IMG/VR virus record: IMGVR_UViG_3300036398_002697
Span: 1 to 59,242 of that record
DNA from: a virus
Lineage: Duplodnaviria; Caudoviricetes
Length of the DNA stretch: 59,242 nucleotides
Direction: 5' to 3' (one strand)
The notes beneath the pieces are model-generated. The model saw only the letters and a program-made list of their open reading frames with translations, was not told where the DNA came from and made no database searches. Shown piece after piece: positions 19,336-27,489 of the stretch (positions are counted from its first letter, which is position 1; the number at the start of each line of letters is the position of its first letter). Made by a program: the position numbers and the translations under genes.

Positions 19336-19518
19336 ATGCCCGACCTTATTGAACTGCTGACTTATTATGTTATTGTTGCCGTGCTCTTCATCGGAGCACC
19401 TGCAGTATTTTTCACAATCGTCTTTATGCCAGCACTGATGAATACTAAAGGTGCTGTAGTTGGTTATAAAATTCACCGCGACTATGGTGATACTACAATC
19501 TACGATAAGGTAAAGTAA
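19336..19518 (+). CDS. Small membrane protein
   Basis: 60 aa with a long hydrophobic segment. Confidence 0.6.
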   Translation: MPDLIELLTYYVIVAVLFIGAPAVFFTIVFMPALMNTKGAVVGYKIHRDYGDTTIYDKVK

Positions 19519-19568
19519 ACTAACAAAATGGATAAATAATAATATAAGTTTTTATCCAAAATAATAAG

Positions 19569-20018
19569 ATGAATACTAAAGTTTGCTCTCAATGCTCAAA
19601 GGAAAAAGTCGTAACTGAATTTTATAAAAGAAAGAATAGACCATCTGGTTATCTTTCCGAGTGTAAAGAATGTACCAAACAAAGAAACTTGAATAGGTAC
19701 AAAGATAATCCAGATAAAATAAACGACATGCGAGCAGCAAAAACATATGGAATACCATATGATGATGTTGTAAAAATGAGAGAGGAAGCAAATGGTATTT
19801 GTAAGATATGTGGCAGAGAAGGTGTGAAGCACCATTCACGATTAGTAATTGATCATTGCCACAAAACTGGAAAGGTTAGAGGATTGATTTGCAGTAAATG
19901 TAATACAATACTTGGTTATTGTAATGATGATCCATCTATCTTGAATAAATTGTCCACTTACTTAGAAAAAAATGGTAGCATCAACATTAACACAACAACA
20001 AACACGGGGGTGGTTTGA
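19569..20018 (+). CDS. Endonuclease VII-type (F-CphI-like) free-standing homing endonuclease
   Basis: N-terminal CxxC..CxxC; [26 protein letters not shown] (DHHRN/EndoVII motif); AT-rich; sits between psbA and psbD. Confidence 0.85.
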   Translation: MNTKVCSQCSKEKVVTEFYKRKNRPSGYLSECKECTKQRNLNRYKDNPDKINDMRAAKTYGIPYDDVVKMREEANGICKICGREGVKHHSRLVIDHCHKTGKVRGLICSKCNTILGYCNDDPSILNKLSTYLEKNGSININTTTNTGVV

Positions 20019-21030
20019 TGTCCTGGATGATTGGGTTAAACGAGATCGTTTCATATTTGTTGGCTGGTCTGGACTTCTTCTTTTTCCCACAGCTTATCTT
20101 GCTCTTGGTGGTTGGCTTACTGGGACAACTTTCGTTACGAGTTGGTACACTCATGGCCTTGCATCCTCCTATCTTGAGGGTGCAAACTTTCTTACTGCGG
20201 CAGTTAGTACTCCAGCAGATTCTATGGGTCATTCTCTTCTTCTTCTCTGGGGCCCTGAGGCTCAAGGGGACATCGTTAGATGGTTCCAACTTGGGGGACT
20301 CTGGACTTTTGTGGCATTACACGGATCTTTCGCTTTAATTGGTTTCATGCTTCGCCAGTTTGAGATTGCCCGTCTTGTAGGTATTCGTCCTTATAACGCA
20401 ATCGCATTCTCTGGTCCTATCGCTGTGTTCGTCAGCGTGTTCCTGATGTATCCCCTGGGTCAATCCAGTTGGTTCTTTGCTCCATCGTTTGGTGTGGCAG
20501 CAATCTTCAGGTTCCTTCTGTTCCTACAAGGTTTCCACAACTGGACCCTGAACCCCTTCCACATGATGGGCGTGGCAGGTATTCTTGGTGGTGCTCTGCT
20601 CTGTGCTATTCATGGTGCTACAGTAGAAAACACGCTCTACGAAGATGGCGAACAAGCAAATACTTTTAAGGCTTTTGAACCCACGCAAGAGGAGGAAACT
20701 TATAGTATGGTCACTGCGAACAGATATTGGTCTCAAATCTTCGGTATTGCTTTTAGCAATAAGCGTTGGCTACATTTCTTTATGCTCTTTGTTCCCGTCA
20801 TGGGTTTATGGACATCTTCTATCGGGATTATCGGATTGGGATTAAACCTGAGGGCTTATGATTTTGTAAGTCAGGAGATTCGTGCTGCTGAAGACCCGGA
20901 ATGGGAAACTTTTTACACGAAGAACATATTATTAAACGAAGGGCTTCGTGCGTGGTTAGCACCAGTAGACCAACCACACGAAAATTTTGTATTTCCAGAG
21001 GAAGTTCTTCCTCGCGGAAATGCTCTTTGA
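19972..21030 (+). CDS. psbD: Photosystem II D2 protein
   Basis: Full-length D2 ([37 protein letters not shown]). Confidence 0.99.
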   Translation: MVASTLTQQQTRGWFDVLDDWVKRDRFIFVGWSGLLLFPTAYLALGGWLTGTTFVTSWYTHGLASSYLEGANFLTAAVSTPADSMGHSLLLLWGPEAQGDIVRWFQLGGLWTFVALHGSFALIGFMLRQFEIARLVGIRPYNAIAFSGPIAVFVSVFLMYPLGQSSWFFAPSFGVAAIFRFLLFLQGFHNWTLNPFHMMGVAGILGGALLCAIHGATVENTLYEDGEQANTFKAFEPTQEEETYSMVTANRYWSQIFGIAFSNKRWLHFFMLFVPVMGLWTSSIGIIGLGLNLRAYDFVSQEIRAAEDPEWETFYTKNILLNEGLRAWLAPVDQPHENFVFPEEVLPRGNAL

Positions 21031-21048
21031 TAATCATCTTTAATAATC

Positions 21049-21070
21049 AAGACCCGAAAGGGTCTTTTTT
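21049..21070 (+). terminator. Rho-independent terminator after psbD
   Basis: AAGACCC-GAAA-GGGTCTT followed by a T-run. Confidence 0.85.
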
Positions 21071-21133
21071 ATTGACTACTTTTCCAAACTATGATAATAT
21101 AAATAATATAAGTTATTCATAGTTTGGAAAGTT

Positions 21134-21634
21134 ATGTTGTGTATTTTAGATATAAAGTCCGCACCAAAAGGTAGAATAGCAAAATGTCTTTGTGAATGTG
21201 GGGTTGAGAAAAATATATTTTTATATTCTATAAAACCTGGTGGTAAAGTTAGAAGTTGTGGATGTTATAGGAAGAAAGAGCGGGCAAGAAGAAATGTGAT
21301 AGAAAAACCTGTAGAAGAAAGGAAGTGTGATGATAGAAGATATAAGATGTTTCATAATGCTCAACACAGAGCAAAAATAAAAGGTATTCCTTTTAGTATA
21401 ATTATAGATGATATTATTATTCCAGAAACTTGTCCTTTGCTTGGAATACCTTTGGTTTCTACTAATAATAAGAGAGACCCAAGAAACCCTAGTTTAGATC
21501 AAAAAGTTCCTGGTAAAGGATATACCCCAGATAATATTTGGGTTGTGTCTTCACGAGCAAACTGGATAAAGTGTGACGCATCCCTACAAGAACTAGAACT
21601 CCTAGTAGAAAATCTCAAATGTCACTCATTCTAA
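21134..21634 (+). CDS. HNH-like free-standing homing endonuclease
   Basis: CLCECG..SCGC N-terminal module; CP..PSLDQKVPGKGYTPDNIWVVSSRANWIK catalytic region; AT-rich. Confidence 0.78.
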   Translation: MLCILDIKSAPKGRIAKCLCECGVEKNIFLYSIKPGGKVRSCGCYRKKERARRNVIEKPVEERKCDDRRYKMFHNAQHRAKIKGIPFSIIIDDIIIPETCPLLGIPLVSTNNKRDPRNPSLDQKVPGKGYTPDNIWVVSSRANWIKCDASLQELELLVENLKCHSF

Positions 21635-21699
21635 TATTCTTCATATTATTTGGCATATTCATGGTTGTGCTATCACTCACAGACCATTATCATTATTAA
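21619..21699 (+). CDS. 26-aa hydrophobic peptide, not in the ORF track
   Basis: MSLILIFFILFGIFMVVLSLTDHYHY. Confidence 0.35.
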   Translation: MSLILIFFILFGIFMVVLSLTDHYHY

Positions 21700-21730
21700 T
21701 AAAATAAATACTCATAAGTCGCAAGCACTT

Positions 21731-22102
21731 ATGGGACCTCTCCAATCGCCCGAAGAATACTTGTTCAATCTACAAGCAACAAGTCAATCAGAAGCAAAAC
21801 GATTATGGAGAAAACAAATAAAAGAAAGTTGGGATCATAAATGTGCTTATTGTGGTTCAGAAGAAGATTTAACTCTTGACCATGTTATTCCACAATCAAA
21901 AGGTGGATTGGATATTACAAGGAACGTTGTATGTTGCTGCAAATCTTGCAATCAATCCAAAGGACATGACCATTGGAAATTGTGGTATGTTCAGCAAGAT
22001 TTTTATTGTGAAGGTAAATTTAACTTGATAGAGGAATGGATGGAACCACCAAAACCAACCAACCTCTATGCATATCGTCCAAGGAAAAATATTAGATATT
22101 AA
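21731..22102 (+). CDS. HNH endonuclease
   Basis: CAYCG..LTLDHVIPQSKGG..NVVCCCKSCNQSKG. The start is taken at ATG 21731, downstream of ATAAATA. Confidence 0.85.
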   Translation: MGPLQSPEEYLFNLQATSQSEAKRLWRKQIKESWDHKCAYCGSEEDLTLDHVIPQSKGGLDITRNVVCCCKSCNQSKGHDHWKLWYVQQDFYCEGKFNLIEEWMEPPKPTNLYAYRPRKNIRY

Positions 22103-22136
22103 ACCCTTAATACATAAGAAGGTTGCTTTTATACTA

Positions 22137-22298
22137 ATGAAAACCTTATCACTTTCAGAAGACCAGATTAAACTTCTGGCAGATGCTCTTTGGATGCGTC
22201 AGAGGTGCTTTATTGCAGGAGATAGAAGATTTAAAGAATATGGTATAATGTTGGATGAACTACTTGAAGGAATGGAGTATACTCCCAGTAGATATTGA
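22137..22298 (+). CDS. Hypothetical protein
   Basis: MKTLSLSEDQ.. ORF; start reassigned to ATG 22137. Confidence 0.55.
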   Translation: MKTLSLSEDQIKLLADALWMRQRCFIAGDRRFKEYGIMLDELLEGMEYTPSRY

Positions 22299-22300
22299 TT

Positions 22301-23005
22301 ATGACTTACGATACAGTTTTCATCTCTGATGTTCATTTAGGAACACCTAGATGTAATACTCAAAAATTTTACAAGTTCCTCAAAGAACTAAAAACAAAAA
22401 AGTTAGTGATGGTGGGTGATATTATTGACATCTACTGTATGGAAAAATATAATACTCGTTGGACAAAGGAACATACAGAGTGTGTTCACCAGATTCTAAA
22501 CCTAGTCAAGAAAGGTACGGAAGTCATTTATATTCTTGGAAATCACGAAGGTCAGATTCGTCGCTATTGTGATTTCAAACATAAGAACTTCCAAATGGTG
22601 GATGAATATGTTCATGAAGATTCGAATGGAAATAAGTTTCTTTGTATTCACGGTGATAAGTATTCTGAGTATTCTTCTGGGTCTTGGAAACAACTTATCT
22701 TCAACAAAGGATATGAGATTATTACGCCTTTGAGTTTGTGGTTAGAACGATTCTTCCGATTTTCTTTGGTTTATGCTTTAAAGAACAGTGTGAGGGGAAA
22801 GAACTATATCAATCAATACGAAACTGATATTGCTTCTTTTTGTGTCCAAAGAGATAAGAAATATGATGGGGTTATTTGTGGACACATTCATTCTGGAAAT
22901 ATTCGTAACTTTGGAAAGATTACTTATATGTGTTGTGGAGATTTTGTAGATACTTGCTCTGCGATTGTGGAGAAGAATGGAATTTATTCACTTGAAAAAT
23001 ACTAA
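22301..23005 (+). CDS. Calcineurin-like metallophosphoesterase, LpxH-like (UDP-2,3-diacylglucosamine hydrolase-like)
   Basis: ISDVHLG, VGDIID, GNHE, HGD, GHIH and GDFV motifs. Confidence 0.8.
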   Translation: MTYDTVFISDVHLGTPRCNTQKFYKFLKELKTKKLVMVGDIIDIYCMEKYNTRWTKEHTECVHQILNLVKKGTEVIYILGNHEGQIRRYCDFKHKNFQMVDEYVHEDSNGNKFLCIHGDKYSEYSSGSWKQLIFNKGYEIITPLSLWLERFFRFSLVYALKNSVRGKNYINQYETDIASFCVQRDKKYDGVICGHIHSGNIRNFGKITYMCCGDFVDTCSAIVEKNGIYSLEKY

Positions 23006-23124
23006 TGATTACAACTGAAACACCATACAAACTCGCAGAAATTATCAGAGATACCTGGCCAAATCTTTACAGACCAGCAAAAGAAACCTATAATACAAAG
23101 AGTAAGACAAAAAAGAATGTATGA
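23005..23124 (+). CDS. 39-aa hypothetical protein, not in the ORF track
   Basis: MITTETPYKLAEIIRDTWPNLYRP..; TAATG coupling upstream and overlap with the next start. Confidence 0.55.
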   Translation: MITTETPYKLAEIIRDTWPNLYRPAKETYNTKSKTKKNV

Positions 23125-23401
23125 TTATTGGGTGGTGATAGATAAAACCACAGGTAGAGTGATTGCTCACTGTGGTGAAGAAAAGGATGCTTTAATGTTA
23201 GTTGGATTTGATAAGGACAAAAGAACTTATCGAAAGCAAAAGTTCATTATGGATCAAGTCATTACAGTAACATCGACAACAGACAAACAACTTCCGGGTC
23301 AACAAGGACTACCTGCCGCGAAAGAAGAACTACCTCCTGTAGATTTTCAACAACAAGTATGGTTGCCTGAAGGACAAGGAATTCCAGTTAATGCTAAATA
23401 A
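23117..23401 (+). CDS. Hypothetical protein
   Basis: Coupled 94-aa ORF. Confidence 0.6.
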   Translation: MYDYWVVIDKTTGRVIAHCGEEKDALMLVGFDKDKRTYRKQKFIMDQVITVTSTTDKQLPGQQGLPAAKEELPPVDFQQQVWLPEGQGIPVNAK

Positions 23402-23421
23402 CTTTCAGTTTATTAAGAATC

Positions 23422-23658
23422 ATGAAGTTTACAGTTTATTCAAAAGACGGTTGCCCATATTGCACAAAAGTCCAACAAGTGTTAGAGTTAGCAGAACTAC
23501 AACATGTAGTTTACAAACTTGGTGTTGATTTTAATCGTGAAGAATTCTATGCAGAATTTGGACAAGGTTCTACTTTCCCCCAAGTTATTGTAAATGATAA
23601 ACATATTGGAGGGTGTACTGATACTGTTCAATACCTTAAGGAGCAAAACTTAGTTTAA
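23422..23658 (+). CDS. Glutaredoxin
   Basis: CPYC, TFPQV and IGG motifs. Confidence 0.93.
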   Translation: MKFTVYSKDGCPYCTKVQQVLELAELQHVVYKLGVDFNREEFYAEFGQGSTFPQVIVNDKHIGGCTDTVQYLKEQNLV

Positions 23659-24017
23659 TGAATAGCAATTTTCACGAAGTTTACAATGATGTTGAGAAAG
23701 CCATTGATTATGCATTCAATGGTCAATTTGTTTTAAAGTTTTATGATTACTTAAAAGTTCGTGGAACTAAAAGAGTAGAAGTTGAAGAGTTTATTGAAAG
23801 TGCAACTGCAAGTGAACTTAATAATCTTGTAATGGATCTTGATGATTATCTTGAGGGTGGTTCTGATGAAATGCACAAACAACTTCGTGAAGGTTACGGA
23901 CACATTCCAAAACCACAAGCAAGAAAAATCAGAAATTACTTGTATGGCATCTTAGAAGATGCATGGAAATATAGTCATGACAAAAGACCAGGGCGACGCA
24001 AAAAGCAAACTAAATAA
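23658..24017 (+). CDS. Conserved hypothetical cyanophage protein
   Basis: TAATG coupling; QLREGYGHIPKPQARKI motif. Confidence 0.7.
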   Translation: MNSNFHEVYNDVEKAIDYAFNGQFVLKFYDYLKVRGTKRVEVEEFIESATASELNNLVMDLDDYLEGGSDEMHKQLREGYGHIPKPQARKIRNYLYGILEDAWKYSHDKRPGRRKKQTK

Positions 24018-24183
24018 ATCAGAACCCCAAATCAACAGGGGTGTTGAGTTATTACTACGCAATAGGAGGAGAAGATCAGAAAGACCCAAAACTTTTCAAG
24101 TGAAGTTTGGTAAAATGATCTCTCTCTTCAAAAGAGAGTTTCATTTCTTTATCGACTTTCATTTCGACATAAGGAAAAAATAG
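23959..24183 (+). CDS. Small basic hypothetical protein, start uncertain
   Basis: INRGVELLLRNRRR; fills the gap between neighbouring genes. Confidence 0.5.
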   Translation: MHGNIVMTKDQGDAKSKLNKSEPQINRGVELLLRNRRRRSERPKTFQVKFGKMISLFKREFHFFIDFHFDIRKK

Positions 24184-24202
24184 AACTCTCTGGAGAAGAC
24201 AA

Positions 24203-24427
24203 ATGCTAGCAGTAACTCTAACCATAGGAACACTAGTTTCAATAATGTTCTTTTTTGTAGGAGGAGTAGTAGGATGGTTGGCGAAAGAACACTTCTACCA
24301 AACTCAACCAGTTTACACCCACCCAGAGATGTTTGATGTTAATGGGAATGTAATACCAGACGAAATTTTAGCAGTGAGATTTGAAAATGACTACGACTAC
24401 GACGAAGACGAAGAAGACGACGACTGA
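24203..24427 (+). CDS. Small membrane protein with an acidic tail
   Basis: GGAG RBS, TM helix, HPEMFD..G..PDEILAVRFE. Confidence 0.7.
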   Translation: MLAVTLTIGTLVSIMFFFVGGVVGWLAKEHFYQTQPVYTHPEMFDVNGNVIPDEILAVRFENDYDYDEDEEDDD

Positions 24428-24962
24428 AAAACCAATCGAAGCTCTTCCTATAAATCCATTCATATATGAAATTTTAGAACTTGCTTCTAAACAAAGAAGC
24501 AACGCTAAAAAAGTGGAAGTTCTAAAAACTTATGAGCATGATTCTCTAAAGACCATTTTTATTTGGAACTTTGATGAATCTGTAATATCTCTTCTTCCTG
24601 AAGGAGATGTTCCTTATGCGAATGCAGAGGAACAATCTGTCTATTCCGGAACTCTATCAGATAATTTGAGAATGGAAGCTGCTGGAGGAGAATCTGCTAC
24701 AGGTCAAGACCTTGATGGTAGAGGAAAAACTTCTCTTCGTAGAGAATATCAAAATCTTTATCATTATGTAAAAGGTGGTAATGCTGGTCTTAACACTATT
24801 CGTCGTGAGATGATGTTTATTAATCTTCTCACAGGTCTTCATCCTAAAGAAGCAGAAGTATTAATTCTTACAAAAGATAAGAAGTTGGCGGATAAATATA
24901 AGATAACATTGGAAAATGTTAAAGAGGCATATCCCGATATTCAATGGGGTGGGCGCTCATGA
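24387..24962 (+). CDS. Conserved hypothetical T4-like cyanophage protein
   Basis: WNFD..LLPEGDVPY and RREMMFINLL.GLHPKEAE motifs. Confidence 0.7.
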   Translation: MTTTTTKTKKTTTEKPIEALPINPFIYEILELASKQRSNAKKVEVLKTYEHDSLKTIFIWNFDESVISLLPEGDVPYANAEEQSVYSGTLSDNLRMEAAGGESATGQDLDGRGKTSLRREYQNLYHYVKGGNAGLNTIRREMMFINLLTGLHPKEAEVLILTKDKKLADKYKITLENVKEAYPDIQWGGRS

Positions 24963-25297
24963 CAGTAATTGTCGGAGAAGATGTAAAAATGGTAGATCAA
25001 TCAGAAAATCAAAAACTTGTTCTGCCGCATGAATATGGATGTGAAATTCTTCTAGAAAAAACAACATTGTCTAAAGCGAAGGATTCTTCATTTCCAAGTG
25101 ATGCATACTTAATTTGGTATATTGCTAATGGCGAAAACCATATTGATTTAACTAGATGTGCGAAGAGAGTAAATCTCTTTGACATGTATTATGATAAGTA
25201 CGGTCCAGGATCAGTGCAAAAAATTGATTTTGGGTATGGTAGAGTGAACCCTAAACTTTGGGGATATAAACAACCTGAGAAAAAGAAAAAGAGATGA
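24959..25297 (+). CDS. Hypothetical protein
   Basis: ATGA coupling; LFDMYYDKYG..GRVNPKLWG. Confidence 0.65.
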   Translation: MTVIVGEDVKMVDQSENQKLVLPHEYGCEILLEKTTLSKAKDSSFPSDAYLIWYIANGENHIDLTRCAKRVNLFDMYYDKYGPGSVQKIDFGYGRVNPKLWGYKQPEKKKKR

Positions 25298-25512
25298 GTG
25301 AAGGTTTTAAAGGTTTTGCTAAATCAGCAGAAGACAAAGAATTTCGTCTTTATATTAAAAACAGAGAAGTAAATAAACTTATCAAAGAATATAAGAAACT
25401 TAAGAAGTATCAAAAATCATCTATTTTTGAAATTGAAAAACTTTCGGGTAACGAAACAAAGATAGATAAACTTATTAACGAATATGGGATAGACCCCGAA
25501 GCAATTGAATAA
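25294..25512 (+). CDS. Hypothetical protein
   Basis: Coupled at both ends. Confidence 0.6.
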   Translation: MSEGFKGFAKSAEDKEFRLYIKNREVNKLIKEYKKLKKYQKSSIFEIEKLSGNETKIDKLINEYGIDPEAIE

Positions 25513-25838
25513 TGGGAAAGCATTATCTTCTTAATTTGTATGGATGCTCGTTTGTCCTTTTGGACGACGAGCGTTGTCTTATTGACCTTCTTGAAAATGC
25601 AGCAGTTGCCAGTGGTGCTACTGTGATTCAAACAATCTCAAAAAAGTTTGAACCACAGGGAGTTACTGTAATCTGTTTACTATCAGAAAGTCATATTAGT
25701 ATTCATACTTGGCCTGAGGAAGGTAAGGCTGCAGTAGATGTTTATACTTGTGGTGATTGCAATCCAAAGATTGGTTGCGATATCATCATTCAACAACTTT
25801 ATGCTACAGAACACACGCTCAGTTATATTGAGCGATAA
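25512..25838 (+). CDS. speD: S-adenosylmethionine decarboxylase proenzyme
   Basis: MGKH, FEPQGVT, LSESHISIHTWPE and DVYTCG motifs. Confidence 0.93.
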   Translation: MGKHYLLNLYGCSFVLLDDERCLIDLLENAAVASGATVIQTISKKFEPQGVTVICLLSESHISIHTWPEEGKAAVDVYTCGDCNPKIGCDIIIQQLYATEHTLSYIER

Positions 25839-25865
25839 CTAAATACACTATATCTGGAGAAGTAT

Positions 25866-26183
25866 ATGCTCTCTACTCAGTATCGCTTGCGCCTTGAAGC
25901 AATTTGTGAACGTATTGCAAAAGGTGAATCAGTAGAGTTAAGTGATATGATTTGGTCAGAAAAACTTGCAAAATCAAATCGCTCTGCTGCAACTATTCTT
26001 AGACAAGCAAGAAGACGTGCAGCAAACCCTGATATGCAGGAAGATAGTCTTGATGGTTTTATGAATGCTTTAGATTTGGGAGATCCAGACCCATCTAATC
26101 ATAGAAATAGATTTGATGGTGCGGATGATATTATTGACTTTTTCACTGGTGACAAACCAGATGACTGGAGACAAAGAGATTAA
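25866..26183 (+). CDS. Conserved hypothetical protein
   Basis: GGAG RBS; MLSTQYRLRLE..DWRQRD. Confidence 0.7.
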   Translation: MLSTQYRLRLEAICERIAKGESVELSDMIWSEKLAKSNRSAATILRQARRRAANPDMQEDSLDGFMNALDLGDPDPSNHRNRFDGADDIIDFFTGDKPDDWRQRD

Positions 26184-26198
26184 GAAATAATAAAATTG

Positions 26199-26249
26199 GT
26201 ATAACACTTTACAAACTTACTTGCATAACTAGATTGATAGGTCTATAAT
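26199..26249 (+). promoter_or_regulatory. NtcA-like box and sigma70 promoter upstream of the riboswitch
   Basis: GTA-TAACACTT-TAC (26199-26212); TTGCAT-17 nt-TATAAT (26221-26249). Confidence 0.6.
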
Positions 26250-26256
26250 GACCTTA

Positions 26257-26349
26257 CGTTCATCCAGTTAACTGGACGCAAGTAGGACGGCGGAACGGGA
26301 CGTTCATTCGCTATTCGCAAATAGCGAACGCAAACCGACTGAAGGAACG
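26257..26349 (+). ncRNA. Tandem glutamine riboswitch aptamers (glnA / Downstream-peptide class)
   Basis: Two units of CGTTCA-hairpin-CGCAA...GGAACG (26257-26297 and 26301-26349; the second has CCGACTGAAGGAACG), directly upstream of a YRGV peptide gene. Confidence 0.8.
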
Positions 26350-26386
26350 GGACCTAAAAATCTCATTTCTTTGGAGTAAAAAAACA

Positions 26387-26524
26387 ATGGCAAAAGTAGT
26401 ATATCGCGGTGTTGAGTATGATACCCAGAAGCGTCTGGAGTATCAGCAACAAATGATGCAACAACCCCAACAATACAACGAAACCTATCGTGGTGTTAAG
26501 TTTGTAAAGGAGGGACATAAGTGA
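26387..26524 (+). CDS. DUF4278-like 45-aa peptide, not in the ORF track
   Basis: MAKVVYRGVEYD..ETYRGVKF with two YRGV motifs; GGAG RBS. Confidence 0.85.
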   Translation: MAKVVYRGVEYDTQKRLEYQQQMMQQPQQYNETYRGVKFVKEGHK

Positions 26525-26622
26525 TGAAAAAACTCAACGTACTTCAACTTATTAAAGAAAAGAAGCAAAAAGAAGAAAGGCTTAAACAAGCATCTCTTGC
26601 TACACTAGTAGCAGCAAAATGA
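26524..26622 (+). CDS. 32-aa basic peptide, not in the ORF track
   Basis: MKKLNVLQLIKEKKQKEERLKQASLATLVAAK; AAGGAGG RBS and TGATG coupling. Confidence 0.65.
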   Translation: MKKLNVLQLIKEKKQKEERLKQASLATLVAAK

Positions 26623-26624
26623 TT

Positions 26625-26655
26625 AAAGAGGGTTCTTGACGAACCCTCTTTTTTT
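26625..26655 (+). terminator. Rho-independent terminator overlapping the next promoter
   Basis: AAAGAGGGTTC-ttgac-GAACCCTCTTT followed by a T-run. Confidence 0.85.
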
Positions 26656-26687
26656 GTGTATAATTACCTTTGTCGAGGTTAATAAAG

Positions 26688-26915
26688 ATGGATAGAGAAA
26701 AGCTTAAGTTAATTGTCAAAAACCTTGAATCTCTAGTAGAATGTCTAAAGTCAGAAGTTTATTCTGATGTAGATTCATATAAGATGAACTACGAAGAGAT
26801 TTCACAACACATTACTGATTACGACGAAGTATTTTATGACGGAGATGATGACTACGATGATGTGAGAATAAATCAGAGATATAAAATTATGAATGATGAT
26901 GGAGATGGAATTTAG
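26688..26915 (+). CDS. Conserved hypothetical protein
   Basis: MDREKLKLIVKNLESLV..LKSEVYSD; GAGGT RBS; start at ATG 26688. Confidence 0.65.
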   Translation: MDREKLKLIVKNLESLVECLKSEVYSDVDSYKMNYEEISQHITDYDEVFYDGDDDYDDVRINQRYKIMNDDGDGI

Positions 26916-26963
26916 AGGTGCTTATTTCTATAAATAATATTATAGTTCAAATAAATACCACTA

Positions 26964-27479
26964 ATGTCTAATTGGAAAATTATAGAAGAACTTGGAATAA
27001 GAGAGTATTGTGGAAGAAACAGACCATATGTTATTGCAATTTGTCCATACTGTAATCAAAAAAAGGAAATGATGTATTATCACACAAGGAATAAATCTTG
27101 TGGTTGCCTTAAAAAAGAAAGTGCTATAAAAAGAGGTCAAAAGCAAAGGACTGAAGATGGTCATATTAATTCATTAATTACTAGATACAAAAAATCAGCA
27201 AAAGTAAGAAATATAGAATGGAACTTGAATTTTGATGATTTTTCTACTATAGTAAAATCAAATTGCTTTTATTGTGGCAAAGAACCCATATTGAGAAAAG
27301 GTAAAACTCAATATGGAAAAGTAATACCAACCAATGGAGTTGATAGAAAAATAAACTCCATTGGATATGTAAAAGAAAATTGTGTTCCTTGTTGTATTAC
27401 TTGTAATAAAATGAAATTGGACCACGATATAGAAAACTTTAAAAATCACATTTCTAAAATATATGAACATTTCAGATAA
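26964..27479 (+). CDS. HNH-like free-standing homing endonuclease upstream of thyX
   Basis: CPYC..KSCGC; CFYCG..NGVDRKINSIGYVKENCVPCCITCNKMK; very AT-rich. Confidence 0.82.
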   Translation: MSNWKIIEELGIREYCGRNRPYVIAICPYCNQKKEMMYYHTRNKSCGCLKKESAIKRGQKQRTEDGHINSLITRYKKSAKVRNIEWNLNFDDFSTIVKSNCFYCGKEPILRKGKTQYGKVIPTNGVDRKINSIGYVKENCVPCCITCNKMKLDHDIENFKNHISKIYEHFR

Positions 27480-27489
27480 ATTTGAATAT

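Noticed and set aside
18187-21030. Group I intron in psbA or psbD
   Set aside because: Both reading frames are continuous and of normal length; the endonucleases are free-standing.
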